Shown: positions 10,070 through 21,780 of the stretch, in pieces | Layout of the letters: every line of letters starts with the position of its first letter | Position numbering within the stretch: position 1 is the stretch's first letter | Assembly: GCA_016210055.1 (NCBI GenBank) | Contig: JACQUZ010000126.1 | Coordinates: 33,586-97,585, forward strand | Length of the DNA stretch: 64,000 nt | Direction of reading: 5' to 3' | DNA from: Deltaproteobacteria bacterium | GTDB taxonomy: Bacteria > Myxococcota_A > Polyangia > Haliangiales > SHYZ01 | The notes under the pieces: generated by a model | Seen by the model: the letters and a program-made list of their open reading frames with translations, nothing else | Database searches by the model: none | What the model was told of the DNA's origin: nothing | Program-made: the position numbers and the translations under genes

Positions 10070-11743
10070 TCATCGCTCACCGCTCACCGCCGGTGCCAAG
10101 CGCTCGCTGCCCGGCGTCGCGGCGACGACCTCATGCGGCCCGTACGGCATGTCGATGGGAACCGTGAGCTCGACGGAAAACCGACCATGGTCGTCGGTGA
10201 GGACATGACCGATAAGGCGAGCGCTCCGTCCGGCACGATGCGCCTTGGCGAGGTAGAGGTATACCTGGATGCTCGCGGCGGCCGCCGGATCCTCGGCCAT
10301 GAGCTGTCCGGTGACGCCGAGCGTTTCACCCACGTAGCCGTGTGGGTCGGAGCTTTCGACGATGAGACGAGACCTGACCTTTCCCACGAGATCCGACGGG
10401 GTCACCCGGGGAAGTTCCTCCTCGCGGGAACCGGTGGAAAAGGACGTGGATGGGTCGGATTCGCCCGCGTGGGCCCGCGACGCGGCTCGTTGGGCCTCGG
10501 AGAGCCCGTGCACGACTCCTCCCAGTCGGCTGTAACTCCGCGCGAAGGACGGTGGCTTGGGGAAAGGATCGGGATTTCGGGGGTGGTGCATCGCCTTGCC
10601 AGCCGCGTTGGCCACCCCGAGCTCGAGGGCGGCTCCCCCCAGGTCCACTCGGATCCACCCCACGCCTGGCACCCAGATCTCCACGAACGCGTGCGCCTCG
10701 TTGCTAACGTACCGAGCCGGGATGCCGAGGGCGTTGGCGGTGACTATGAAGGCGAAGGCGCGGTGGCGGCACGCCCCCCGGCGGGAGGTCGTGAGGTCAA
10801 CGTAGATGTCATCGCTCACGCTGGCTAGCGCGCCGACCTCGAAGGAGCGGAAGGCGTCCACCAACCGATCGATGACCACATGGAGAGGAAGCGCCGCCGT
10901 CACGTTCAGGGATGGAAGCATCGCGAGGACGGCTCGGTGCGCGCGGGGAGGGACGGGGCGCACGAGATCCGAGGCAGTCGCCTCATCTATCCGAAGGCCG
11001 CGAGGGATGGCCGAGCTGAAGTAGCTCGCCGGGGCGTCGACGAGGAACACGAGGCGCAACCGCGTCTCGACGCGCAAGCCTTCGGCCCGAACGTAATAAC
11101 TGTCCGCACCATCCTTGGAAAAGACGAGGTTCGCCGCGGGCTCCGTTTCATAAGAGAGGACGCGCATGTCGGGCGCCACCGACGGTATCGCCACGTCTTC
11201 TCCCGGACGCAGCTCCAAGAGCAGGGAGCCCCAGAACAGGTCACGATCGGCACTCGCGGCGCCGCCCACTGGAACGTGCCGAAGGTGCTTGTCGTGCACG
11301 CGAAGCACGTAGTCGTTCCCCACGGCATCGAAGACGTTCATGCGCTTGAACGGCAGGATCGAGGGGTTGAAGACCTCGGCGTAGTCGAGCCGCCCGTCGA
11401 CCCGCGTCTCTCGATCGGGGCGGACCTGGGTGTCCCTGTCCACGGGCGAGCCCTCACGCCCGTGCAGTGGCTCCGCCTTGGCCGGAGGTGCGTCCTTGGA
11501 CGGCTTGACGAGGAGCATGTCGTTTTGGCGAAACGCGGCCGGGCCCAGCCCGGCCAGAGCGCCGCTTCGAACCAGGGTGGGCGGGACCGCGACTTGGCGC
11601 TCGCCTGGCGTCGCCAGGACCTGGGCGCTCCGTTCCCGTGGCGGCGCCACGTACTCGTGGAGGACCGGCTCCGAGTCGCCCAGCGCGAGCGATCCTCCCA
11701 GAATCAAGAGAGTCGCCAACGCGAGCCTGGAAGACCAGCGCAC
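10070..11743 (-). CDS. secreted transglutaminase-like domain protein with C-terminal CarboxypepD_reg-like beta-sandwich
   Basis: Signal peptide MRWSSRLALATLLILGGSLALG. Transglutaminase-core Cys/His/Asp context (RGACRHRAFAFIV..NEAHAFVEIWV..WIRVDLGG). C-terminal GVTGQL..HVLTDDHGRFSVELTVP motif. Confidence 0.75.
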   Translation of the reverse strand: MRWSSRLALATLLILGGSLALGDSEPVLHEYVAPPRERSAQVLATPGERQVAVPPTLVRSGALAGLGPAAFRQNDMLLVKPSKDAPPAKAEPLHGREGSPVDRDTQVRPDRETRVDGRLDYAEVFNPSILPFKRMNVFDAVGNDYVLRVHDKHLRHVPVGGAASADRDLFWGSLLLELRPGEDVAIPSVAPDMRVLSYETEPAANLVFSKDGADSYYVRAEGLRVETRLRLVFLVDAPASYFSSAIPRGLRIDEATASDLVRPVPPRAHRAVLAMLPSLNVTAALPLHVVIDRLVDAFRSFEVGALASVSDDIYVDLTTSRRGACRHRAFAFIVTANALGIPARYVSNEAHAFVEIWVPGVGWIRVDLGGAALELGVANAAGKAMHHPRNPDPFPKPPSFARSYSRLGGVVHGLSEAQRAASRAHAGESDPSTSFSTGSREEELPRVTPSDLVGKVRSRLIVESSDPHGYVGETLGVTGQLMAEDPAAAASIQVYLYLAKAHRAGRSARLIGHVLTDDHGRFSVELTVPIDMPYGPHEVVAATPGSERLAPAVSGER

Positions 11744-11768
11744 TAGCGGATATTAACCCAGTTCTACC

Positions 11769-14700
11769 CTAGTTCTTCTTCACGCACGTCCCGCAGTCGG
11801 TTGCGCAGCTCGCGCAGCTTTCCCCCTCGTCGAACTGGCAACGGGCGTCACTGCAGGCGCCGCCGCAGGTCAAGCCGCAGTACTCCTGCACCTGCCAGGC
11901 GCACGTGGCGTCCCACCCCGTGACGCAGCAGTACGAGTCCACGTCGCAGATCTTCTTGACGCACGGATCGCACAGCGGGCTGAGCGGGACGCCGAGGGCG
12001 CACAGGGAGTGCGAGCAGGTCGTGGCCCCGCAGTCTGCCTCGCAGGTTCCCGGGGTCTCGTCCATGTCGCATTGCCCGTTGCCGCACTTGGTAGCCTGGT
12101 CGGAACAAGCGCCGCAATCATCTGGGCATGAGCGACAGCTCTCGCCGCTGAACGCGTCGCACAGCTTGTCGCCGCACGTGGTTGCGCAGGGCTGGCAGTC
12201 GAGGGCGCAAGTGCTGCAGGTCTCCGACTCGCTGCACGTGCCGTCTCCGCAGCCTTCCGGGCATGTTCCGCAGTCTGCCGGGCAGTTGCCGCAGGATTCT
12301 CCCGCCCAGGCATGGCAGCTGCCGTCCCCGCAGATGCGCGCGCATGGCCCGCAGTCGTACGGGCAGGTGGCGCAGCTCTCGGAGAGCTCGCACGAGCCAT
12401 TCCCGCACGTGGCCTGGCAGGTGCCGCAATCGGAGGCGCAGCTGGAGCAATTCTCATCCGCGCTGCAGGTACCGTCTCCGCAGGTCGCGCAGCTCTGGTT
12501 GCATGCCCACTGGCTTACTTGGGCGCACACCTCGTCCCAAGAGCCGCTGCAGCAGAATGGGTCGAGCCCGCACACGATCGTGACGCACGGGGAGCACGTG
12601 GCCGGGAGCGGGCCACCTGTCTCGCAGGTGGCATGCGGGCATGGACCACAGGTGCCACAGTCCCCAGGGCACGTGGCGCAGCTCTCGCCGGCCACCTCCT
12701 CGCACGTGTGGTTGCCGCATGTCGCCTTGCACTGGCCGCAGTCACCGGGGCAGGTGAAGCACGTCTCCGGGCCGGCACAGGTGTTGTCGCCGCACACGGG
12801 ACAGGCGCCGCAATCGACGCTGCACGCGCTGCAGGTCTCGGTCGGCGAGCACGTGCCGTCGCCGCACGTCGGGGTGCACTCGCCACAGTCCCCCGCGCAG
12901 GACGTGCAGGTCTCCGATCCGTTGCAGTCGCCGTCGCCGCAGTAGACCGCGCACGCGCCGCAGTCGCCGGGACAAGAGACGCATCCTTCGGCGCCGTTGC
13001 ACGTTCCGTCGCCGCAGGTCGGGGCACACGCGCCACAATCCGTCACGCAGGACGCGCAGGTCTCGTCGCCGTTGCAGTCGCCATCGCCGCACGAGGCCGG
13101 ACAGGGGCCACAGTCAGCCGGGCACGCGTTGCAGTCCTCGGCGACGTCGCAGTTGCCGTCGCCGCAGGCGGGCGCGCAGGCGCCGCAGTCGACGCCGCAG
13201 GTCCTGCAATCCTCGGTGCCGTTGCAGTCACCGTCGCCGCACGCGGGTGCGCACGTGCCGCAGTCGATGGCGCATGTCGTGCAATCCTCGGTGACGTCGC
13301 AGGTACCGTCGCCGCAGGCCGGGGCGCAGGGGTTGCAGTCCAACGGGCAGGTGCGGCAGTCGTCGGTACCATTGCACGCCCCGTCGCCGCATGAGGAAGG
13401 GCATGGCCCACAGTCGTCGGTGCACGTGGCGCAATCCTCGACACCGTTGCACGTGCCATCGCCGCACGTGGGCGCGCAGTCGCCGCAGTCGATGGCGCAT
13501 GTCGCGCAGCCCTCGGTACCATTACACGCGCCGTCGCCACAGGCGGGCACGCAGTCGCCGCAATCGCCTGGGCAGGATGAGCAGGTCTCGATGCCGTTGC
13601 AGGTGCCGTCGCCGCACCTGGGCGGGCAGGGGCCGCAGTCCTTCTCACAGGTCGAGCAGGTCTCGTCGCCGTTGCAGTCGCCGTCGCCGCACGCGGGCGC
13701 GCAGCTCCCGCAGTCAGTGGGGCAGGAGTTGCAGTCCTCGGTGCCGTTGCAGGCGGCGTCCCCGCATGCCGGTGGCGGGCACGGGCCGCAGTCCGCCTCG
13801 CACGTGGAGCACGTCTCGGTGCCGTTGCAATCTGCGTCTCCGCAGCGAGGCGGGCAAGGGCCACAGTCAAGCGGGCAGTCGGAGCATGTCTCGCTTCCGT
13901 CCGTGCAGATGGCGTCGCCGCACGTGGGCGGGCATGGCCCACAGTCCGCCACGCACGTGGAGCAGGACTCGCCGGCGCCTGTGCTGCAGAGCGCGTCGCC
14001 GCAGGTCGGCGCGCATGCTTGGCAATCCTCGGGACAGCCGCCGCAGGTCTCGGTGCCCTCGCACTTGGTGTCACCGCAGACCGCCTGGCACAGGCCGCAG
14101 TCGATGGAGCAGGTGGTGCATGACTCGCCGATACCGGCTTGGCAGGCCGCGTCGCCGCAGAATGGGCAGACGCCGCAGTCCTCTGGGCACGCCCCGCAGC
14201 TCTCGGTCGGATCGCAGGTCTTGTCGCCGCAAGTGCCGGCGCAGGTGCCGCAGTCGATGCAGCCGTTCCCGAGCCCGTCCGCGCACGACTCGCCCCACGA
14301 GCAGGTGCCGTCGCCGCAGACTGGGCAACCGCCGCAGTCTGCCGAGCAGCTGGTGCAATTCTCGCTAGCTTGGCAAAGACCGTCGCCGCAGCCGCCCGTG
14401 CACGTGCAGTCTACGGCGCAGGAGAGGCAGCTCTCGCCCGGGCCGCAGAAGCCGTCGCCGCATGCGCCGGTGCATGGACCGCAGTCGAGCGGGCAGCTCC
14501 CGCACGTCTCGCCCGCAGCCGCGTCGCACGTGTTGTCCACGAGGCAGCTGCCGCAGGTGAGCCCGCACTCCTTGACCGCCTCGCCCACGCATGCGGCGTC
14601 CCAGACCTTGGTGCAGCAGGTCGGGTTGATCGCGCACACGATGGCGGCGCACGAGTCGCAGTAGGCTTTGAGCGGCGTCCCGGACTCGCAGGCGCTGTGG

Positions 14701-15653
14701 CTGCAACCGCCGCTCGGGCAGCAGTCGGCCTCGCAGGTGATGTAATTCTTCGGAGGCGTCGTCGAGCAGGTTTCCCTGTCGCCGCAGATGCCATCCCCGC
14801 ACGACTTGGCCTTGCAGCCGATGAGCTGGCCCTTCCTATTATAGTCGCTGCAGTCACCCGGGCACGTGACGCAGTCCTCGCTCCCCGTGCAGCTATTGTC
14901 CCCGCAGGTCTCGCACGCGCCGCAGTCCACTGCGCAGGTGGAGCAGGACTCTCCGCCAAAGCACGTGCCGTCGCCGCAGAATGGGCAGGCGCCGCAATCC
15001 GCTTGGCAGCTCGCGCAGTCTTCATCGGGGGTGCAGAACCCATCGCCGCAGTATGGGCACGTGCCGCAGTCGGCCGCGCAGCTCGAGCAGGACTCGGTAG
15101 GGACGCTGCACGTGCCGTCGCCACACCCGCCACTGCCACCGCACTTGCCGCAGTCTGCCTCGCAGTTGGTGCAGTCCTCGCTCCCCTGGCACATGGTGTC
15201 GCCGCAGAAAAGGCACTTGCCGCAATCGGCCTCGCAGGTCGCGCAGTCCTCCGCGCCGAAGCAGACGCCGTCGCCGCACTTTGGACACGACCCGCAATCG
15301 GCCTGGCAGGTCGAGCAGTCCTCATTCCCGTCGCAGGTGCCGTCGCCGCAGATGGGGCAGTCGCCGCAGTCTTCCGGGCACGAGGAGCAGTTCTCCTCGC
15401 CGCCGCCGCACGTGCCGTCACCGCACGACGCGCAGCGGCCGCAGTCTCGTCGGCAGGTGGAGCAGGATTCGTTCGGATCGCAAATCCGATTGCGGTTGCA
15501 GACGTGCGTCGCCGATGACGTCGAGTCGATGAAGTCGTCGTCAGGCGGCGCGTCGGTCGGCGGTTTCAAGTTGCATGCACTGAGCCAGAACGCGACGTGA
15601 ATGATCGAAAGGAACCCGATCCATGTTCTTCTATCGCTTTTTTTGTAATGCAC
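11769..15653 (-). CDS. giant cysteine-rich tandem-repeat lipoprotein (function unknown)
   Basis: 1,294 aa. Lipoprotein signal ([11 protein letters not shown]). About 42 repeats of consensus CGDGxC-x(5-8)-C-x2-C-x2-DCG-x-C-x(2-3). Three interspersed ~50-aa 10-Cys modules are also present. Confidence 0.85.
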   Translation of the reverse strand: MHYKKSDRRTWIGFLSIIHVAFWLSACNLKPPTDAPPDDDFIDSTSSATHVCNRNRICDPNESCSTCRRDCGRCASCGDGTCGGGEENCSSCPEDCGDCPICGDGTCDGNEDCSTCQADCGSCPKCGDGVCFGAEDCATCEADCGKCLFCGDTMCQGSEDCTNCEADCGKCGGSGGCGDGTCSVPTESCSSCAADCGTCPYCGDGFCTPDEDCASCQADCGACPFCGDGTCFGGESCSTCAVDCGACETCGDNSCTGSEDCVTCPGDCSDYNRKGQLIGCKAKSCGDGICGDRETCSTTPPKNYITCEADCCPSGGCSHSACESGTPLKAYCDSCAAIVCAINPTCCTKVWDAACVGEAVKECGLTCGSCLVDNTCDAAAGETCGSCPLDCGPCTGACGDGFCGPGESCLSCAVDCTCTGGCGDGLCQASENCTSCSADCGGCPVCGDGTCSWGESCADGLGNGCIDCGTCAGTCGDKTCDPTESCGACPEDCGVCPFCGDAACQAGIGESCTTCSIDCGLCQAVCGDTKCEGTETCGGCPEDCQACAPTCGDALCSTGAGESCSTCVADCGPCPPTCGDAICTDGSETCSDCPLDCGPCPPRCGDADCNGTETCSTCEADCGPCPPPACGDAACNGTEDCNSCPTDCGSCAPACGDGDCNGDETCSTCEKDCGPCPPRCGDGTCNGIETCSSCPGDCGDCVPACGDGACNGTEGCATCAIDCGDCAPTCGDGTCNGVEDCATCTDDCGPCPSSCGDGACNGTDDCRTCPLDCNPCAPACGDGTCDVTEDCTTCAIDCGTCAPACGDGDCNGTEDCRTCGVDCGACAPACGDGNCDVAEDCNACPADCGPCPASCGDGDCNGDETCASCVTDCGACAPTCGDGTCNGAEGCVSCPGDCGACAVYCGDGDCNGSETCTSCAGDCGECTPTCGDGTCSPTETCSACSVDCGACPVCGDNTCAGPETCFTCPGDCGQCKATCGNHTCEEVAGESCATCPGDCGTCGPCPHATCETGGPLPATCSPCVTIVCGLDPFCCSGSWDEVCAQVSQWACNQSCATCGDGTCSADENCSSCASDCGTCQATCGNGSCELSESCATCPYDCGPCARICGDGSCHAWAGESCGNCPADCGTCPEGCGDGTCSESETCSTCALDCQPCATTCGDKLCDAFSGESCRSCPDDCGACSDQATKCGNGQCDMDETPGTCEADCGATTCSHSLCALGVPLSPLCDPCVKKICDVDSYCCVTGWDATCAWQVQEYCGLTCGGACSDARCQFDEGESCASCATDCGTCVKKN
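11850..15500 (-). repeat. coding tandem repeat array, ~72-81 bp period (24-27 codons), ~42 units
   Basis: Periodicity is directly visible in the translation. The most regular 75-bp units fall at about 12.9-14.1 kb (CGDGxCNGxExCxxCxxDCGxCxPx). Confidence 0.85.
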
Positions 15654-15792
15654 CCTTCAATGCTAACGGAATTTTGACGGTGCATGGTCAAATAAATGAC
15701 TATTTCTTTAATAGTTTTGGCTACTTGTGGTTATTGCGGGGTCGATGTAATACGACTGCCAATGATTGGCGCGATTGTGCGTGGATCCGCTC
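15654..15792 (-). promoter_or_regulatory. AT-rich intergenic island, probable promoter/5' leader of the Cys-rich lipoprotein gene
   Basis: Conspicuously AT-rich stretch (tttttttgtaatg, aaataaatgactatttctttaatagtttt) in an otherwise GC-rich window, immediately upstream of the 15653 start. No specific -35/-10 elements are assigned. Confidence 0.35.
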
Positions 15793-17739
<1,947 letters not shown>

Positions 17740-17798
17740 GCGCTGGAGTTTATGACGCCCGCTGGGCGCGTTCAGCTGAAAACGAGGAGAGCTTCAGG

Positions 17799-20078
17799 TC
17801 ATGCCCCGAGCGCGTTGAGCGCCGAGCCTGCGCGGAACCACCCGATCTGCTCCTGATTGAACGTGTGGTTCAGGGAGATGACGTCGATCCTGCCGTCTAC
17901 CTGATGAAGCCTGGCCGTAACGGGCTTTCCAGGCGTGAGGCCCGCGAGGCCTACCAGGCTAATCCTCGTGAGCTCGCCGACCTTGTCGTAATCGGCAGCG
18001 CTCGTGAAGGTGAGAGGAAGGATCCCCTGTTTCTTCAGGTTTGTCTCATGTATCCGCGCGAAGGAGCGAGTAATGACCGCCGCGCACCCGAGGTGCCTCG
18101 GGGACATGGCCGCATGCTCGCGGCTCGAGCCCTCGCCATAGTTGACGTCGCCAACTGCAATCCATCTCATGCCGCGCACCTTGTAATGGCGCGCGATTTC
18201 GGGGAGGAGCTTCCCCTTTTCACCGGTCTCGACGTTCGTCCCTCGTCCCGCCTCCGCCGCGAAGGAGTTCTGCGCGCCGGTGAACATGTTGTCGCTGATC
18301 TTGTCCAGGTGCCCGCGGTACTTGAGCCACGGCCCTGCCGGCGAGATATGGTCCGTGGTGCACTTCCCCTTGGCCTTCAAAAGGACGGGCAGCTCGACGT
18401 AGTCATTTCCATCCCAACGGCCAAACGGCACGAGGCGCTGCAGGCGCTCGCTGTTCTCCGCGATGTTCACCTGGACCTTGTCTCCGTTCTCGGCGGGATC
18501 CGCGTACCCCGACTCGCCGGGGGCAAACCCCAGCGTGGGGACCTCGGGCGCCTTGCCTGGGGGCTCAAGCTTGAACTTCTGCCCGTTATTCCCCTCGAGA
18601 ACGTCCCCTTGCGGGTCAAACGAGAGCCTGCCCGCGAGCGAGTACGCAATCACGATCTCGGGCGAGGCGATGAACGCGGAGGTCTCGGGGTTGGAGTCGT
18701 TGCGAGCCCTGAAGTTCCGATTGAACGACGTGATAATCGAGTTCCTATCCCCCTTCTTGATATCGTCGCGCTTCCACTGGCCAATGCACGGGCCACAGGA
18801 GTTGGAGAGGACCACCGCACCGATCTGCTCGAGGGCGCGGAGCTGCCCGTCGCGGGTAATGGTGGCGCGAATTTGCTCCGACCCTGGTGATACGAAGAGG
18901 GTGGTCTTGGCCTTGAGACCGAGCGCGCTGGCTTGCATGGCCACGTCGGCGGCGCGGGCGAGATCCTCGTACGAGCTGTTCGTGCAGCTCCCGATGAGCG
19001 CCGAGGTCAGGTTGTCCGGGTACCCTTCGCTCGCCACCGCCTTGGCGAGCGCCGAAATCGGGCGTGCGAGATCGGGCGTGTGGGGACCGACGACGTGGGG
19101 CTCCAGCTTCGCGAGGTCGATTTCAATGACCTTGTCGAAGAACTTTTCTGGATGCTCCTCGACCTCGCGATCGGCCCGGAGCATGTCTTGGTGCGCCTCG
19201 GCGAGCTCGGCCAGCTTAGGACGTCCGGTCCCTCGCAGGTAGGTCGCCATCTTCTCGTCAAAGGGGAAGATCGACGTGGTGGCCCCGAGCTCGGCGCCCA
19301 TGTTCGTGATGGTTCCCTTGCCCGTGCAGCTGATGTTGCGCGCCCCGGGACCAAAGTACTCGATGATCCGGTTGGTGCCGCCGGCCGTGGTGAGGAGCCC
19401 GAGGAGGTAAAGAATGACATCCTTGGGTGCCGTCCAGCCGCCGAGCTCGCCCGTCAAGCGAACGCCGATGAGCTTGGGTTGCAGGACTTCCCACGAGAAA
19501 CCGGCCATCACGTCGACAGCATCCGCCCCGCCCACGCCGCAGGCGATCATGCCGAGCCCACCGGCGTTCGGCGTGTGGGAGTCGGTCCCGATGATCATGC
19601 CGCCGGGGAACGCGTAGTTCTCGAGGACGACTTGGTGGATGATTCCTGCACCGGGCTTCCAGAATCCGATGCCGTACTTCTGCGATACCGAGGCGAGGAA
19701 GTCGTATACCTCGCCATTTTCGGTCAGGGCGAGCTCGGTGTCCTTCTGCGCACCGAGCTGGGCGCGGATCAGGTGGTCGCAGTGCACGGTCGACGGCACG
19801 GCCACCCGTTTTCGCCCTGCGGACATGAACTGCAGGAGCGCCATCTGCGCAGTGGCATCTTGCATGGCCACCCGGTCGGGTCGGAGCTGCAGGTAGGACT
19901 CGCCAGCTCGGAGCTCGGCGCTCGCAGGGTCATCGAGATGTGAAAAAACAACTTTCTCGGCGAAAGTAAGGGGACGACCCAAGCGCTTGCGGACAACCGC
20001 GAGCTTCGCGTCCATGGTGGAGTAAACGCGCGTGACAAGTTCGGGTGAAGACTCAGTGGTGTGCACGAAAACCTCCAT
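17799..20078 (-). CDS. acnA: aconitate hydratase (mitochondrial-type, ~755-aa class)
   Basis: 759 aa. Fe-S ligand contexts (GTDSHTPNAGGLG, IGSCTNSSYED, NSCGPCIGQW). C-terminal swivel domain (GDVNYGEGSSREHAA). Confidence 0.93.
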   Translation of the reverse strand: MEVFVHTTESSPELVTRVYSTMDAKLAVVRKRLGRPLTFAEKVVFSHLDDPASAELRAGESYLQLRPDRVAMQDATAQMALLQFMSAGRKRVAVPSTVHCDHLIRAQLGAQKDTELALTENGEVYDFLASVSQKYGIGFWKPGAGIIHQVVLENYAFPGGMIIGTDSHTPNAGGLGMIACGVGGADAVDVMAGFSWEVLQPKLIGVRLTGELGGWTAPKDVILYLLGLLTTAGGTNRIIEYFGPGARNISCTGKGTITNMGAELGATTSIFPFDEKMATYLRGTGRPKLAELAEAHQDMLRADREVEEHPEKFFDKVIEIDLAKLEPHVVGPHTPDLARPISALAKAVASEGYPDNLTSALIGSCTNSSYEDLARAADVAMQASALGLKAKTTLFVSPGSEQIRATITRDGQLRALEQIGAVVLSNSCGPCIGQWKRDDIKKGDRNSIITSFNRNFRARNDSNPETSAFIASPEIVIAYSLAGRLSFDPQGDVLEGNNGQKFKLEPPGKAPEVPTLGFAPGESGYADPAENGDKVQVNIAENSERLQRLVPFGRWDGNDYVELPVLLKAKGKCTTDHISPAGPWLKYRGHLDKISDNMFTGAQNSFAAEAGRGTNVETGEKGKLLPEIARHYKVRGMRWIAVGDVNYGEGSSREHAAMSPRHLGCAAVITRSFARIHETNLKKQGILPLTFTSAADYDKVGELTRISLVGLAGLTPGKPVTARLHQVDGRIDVISLNHTFNQEQIGWFRAGSALNALGA

Positions 20079-20210
20079 TCTTCCACTTATATCAGGACGG
20101 ACAGCCCTGGGCCACGGGTCTGGCGGCGTGCGTCAAGAAAAATGCGGGGGGAACCCATGCGCTGGGGGACAGTCGCTCTGCGCTTGAGGTATCATGCTCG
20201 ACGAGGGCCC

Positions 20211-20408
20211 ATGAGACGACTTCGGGTATTTTCCCACGCGTGTCTCGTTGTCGCCGTTCTTGTGAGCGGGGGCTGCGTGGTGGTCGACCGACACCACCAC
20301 CAGCGGGGACCAGGTCGGTGCGCGACGCACTGCCACGGGCGAGTGTGCCATGACCACTGCCACGGTCATGGTCACGGTCACGGTCACAAGCACGGGCACC
20401 AAAAGTGA
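20211..20408 (+). CDS. small His-rich putative lipoprotein
   Basis: ATG at 20211 gives MRRLRVFSHACLVVAVLVSGGC (lipobox-like) followed by HHHQRG..HCHGRVCHDHCHGHGHGHGHKHGHQK. 65 aa. The longer track ORF (from 20061) has no supporting features. Confidence 0.5.
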   Translation: MRRLRVFSHACLVVAVLVSGGCVVVDRHHHQRGPGRCATHCHGRVCHDHCHGHGHGHGHKHGHQK

Positions 20409-20464
20409 CACGCCAGTCCTCTTGGAGCGGGGACTCTACTTGGGGGCTCGCGTTCGCGAGCTAG

Positions 20465-20905
20465 GTGAGGGGACCATTGCGGGCACTATCGATCCTTCAC
20501 ACGCAGGCCGAGGAAGCATGGCGCGGCAGGGACCAAGAAGGCTGCCAGGTCTTGGTTATCGACGACGACCTGGACATCCGAGAAACCCTCGCGACCGTCT
20601 TGGCGGAAGAGGGCTACGCGGTAGCGAGCGCGGCCAACGGCGAGGAGGCCTTGGGCTACCTCGCCCGCGCGCCGGCTCCGCGCTTGATCCTTCTCGACTT
20701 GATGATGCCGGTCATGAATGGATGGCAGTTCTGCGCGCGCCAGCGAGAGCTCCCTGAGCTCGCCTCTATTCCGGTCGTGATCATCTCGGCCGACGGGAAC
20801 CTGCAAAACCATGTGAAAGAAATCAAAGCCTGCAGCTTCCTCAAGAAGCCGATCCACCTGAACGAGCTTCTCGACATCGTGGGACGATTCTGCCCCCGCT
20901 CGTAG
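20465..20905 (+). CDS. single-domain response regulator (receiver only)
   Basis: VLVIDDD..LILLDLMMPVMNG..VVIISA..FLKKP receiver motifs. GTG start at 20465. No output domain. Confidence 0.85.
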   Translation: MRGPLRALSILHTQAEEAWRGRDQEGCQVLVIDDDLDIRETLATVLAEEGYAVASAANGEEALGYLARAPAPRLILLDLMMPVMNGWQFCARQRELPELASIPVVIISADGNLQNHVKEIKACSFLKKPIHLNELLDIVGRFCPRS

Positions 20906-20914
20906 ACGGCTTGC

Positions 20915-21745
20915 CTACATCGCGTCGATATCAGCAAGGCGCATCATGAACGCGTCCGTGACGATCTCGGGATCCGCGCCGCCGAGGAAATCGGCGAGGG
21001 CGCCTTTTTGCACCTTGTCGAAGCTCGCTCCCATTTGGCACATGGCAGAGAGCTCGTCGGCGGCTGCCACGAGGACGAGAAGAGGGTCATTTCCCCCGGC
21101 ATGATGATCGGCGATGACCTTGAGGACCGGCTCGGGGAGCTCCCATCGGGCCGCGATCTTTGCACCCGCCTTACAGTGAAGATGGGCCACCACGTTGTTC
21201 AGGGACGTCTCGTTCGCCAAGAGATCCTTGAATTGGGTGGCCTTGTCGGTGACGAACTTGAACACCGCCGACGCGCCCAGGTCGTGCACGAGGCCTGCCA
21301 AGCTCGCGTCGTCCGCGTTGATTCGCTTGTACTGGGCCAAGTAGGCGCAGCCCGCCGACACGGCCAAGGTGTGGTTTCTAAGCTTCTTCATCGCGGGTCC
21401 GAGCTGCTTGGACGTGAAGAAGGATTTCTCCACGGCGGCGAAGACGAGGAGGTCGCGGGCGGCGATGAGGCCCATCCGGGCGAGGGAGGCTTTCACCGAC
21501 GTGGCGGGCGCGCCGCGTCTATAGAGCGACGAGTTTCCCACCGAGAGGAAGCGGGCCGCCAGCGCCGAGTCCTTCTCGATGATCGTCGCCACCGTCTGCA
21601 AGTCCAAGTCGGGATCCTTGGAGATCTGCAGCGCCTCTTGCGCCACTGCAGGAAATATGGGGGGCTGAAACGAAGGCGACTCCATCCCCTTCATGATTTG
21701 CTCGGCGACTTGTTGTTCCATTGGGGAAAGCTCGGAATTCTCCAC
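20915..21745 (-). CDS. HDOD domain signalling protein
   Basis: 276 aa. HDOD hallmarks ([41 protein letters not shown]). Confidence 0.8.
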   Translation of the reverse strand: MENSELSPMEQQVAEQIMKGMESPSFQPPIFPAVAQEALQISKDPDLDLQTVATIIEKDSALAARFLSVGNSSLYRRGAPATSVKASLARMGLIAARDLLVFAAVEKSFFTSKQLGPAMKKLRNHTLAVSAGCAYLAQYKRINADDASLAGLVHDLGASAVFKFVTDKATQFKDLLANETSLNNVVAHLHCKAGAKIAARWELPEPVLKVIADHHAGGNDPLLVLVAAADELSAMCQMGASFDKVQKGALADFLGGADPEIVTDAFMMRLADIDAM

Positions 21746-21780
21746 CTTGTCTACCTCCGTGCCGCCTGTTGCTTGTGCCG

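Noticed and set aside
11905-15600. Many long plus-strand ORFs (11905..12945, 12312..13394, 12997..14664, 13391..14368, 14139..15518, 14866..15600) and out-of-frame minus-strand ORFs across the Cys-rich gene
   Set aside because: They are mirror or shifted readings of the GC-rich 75-bp coding repeat (periodic SPQ.GAQ.PQS, Ala/Arg-rich low-complexity products). Only the 11769..15653 minus frame has a signal peptide, a coherent repeat consensus and a start context.
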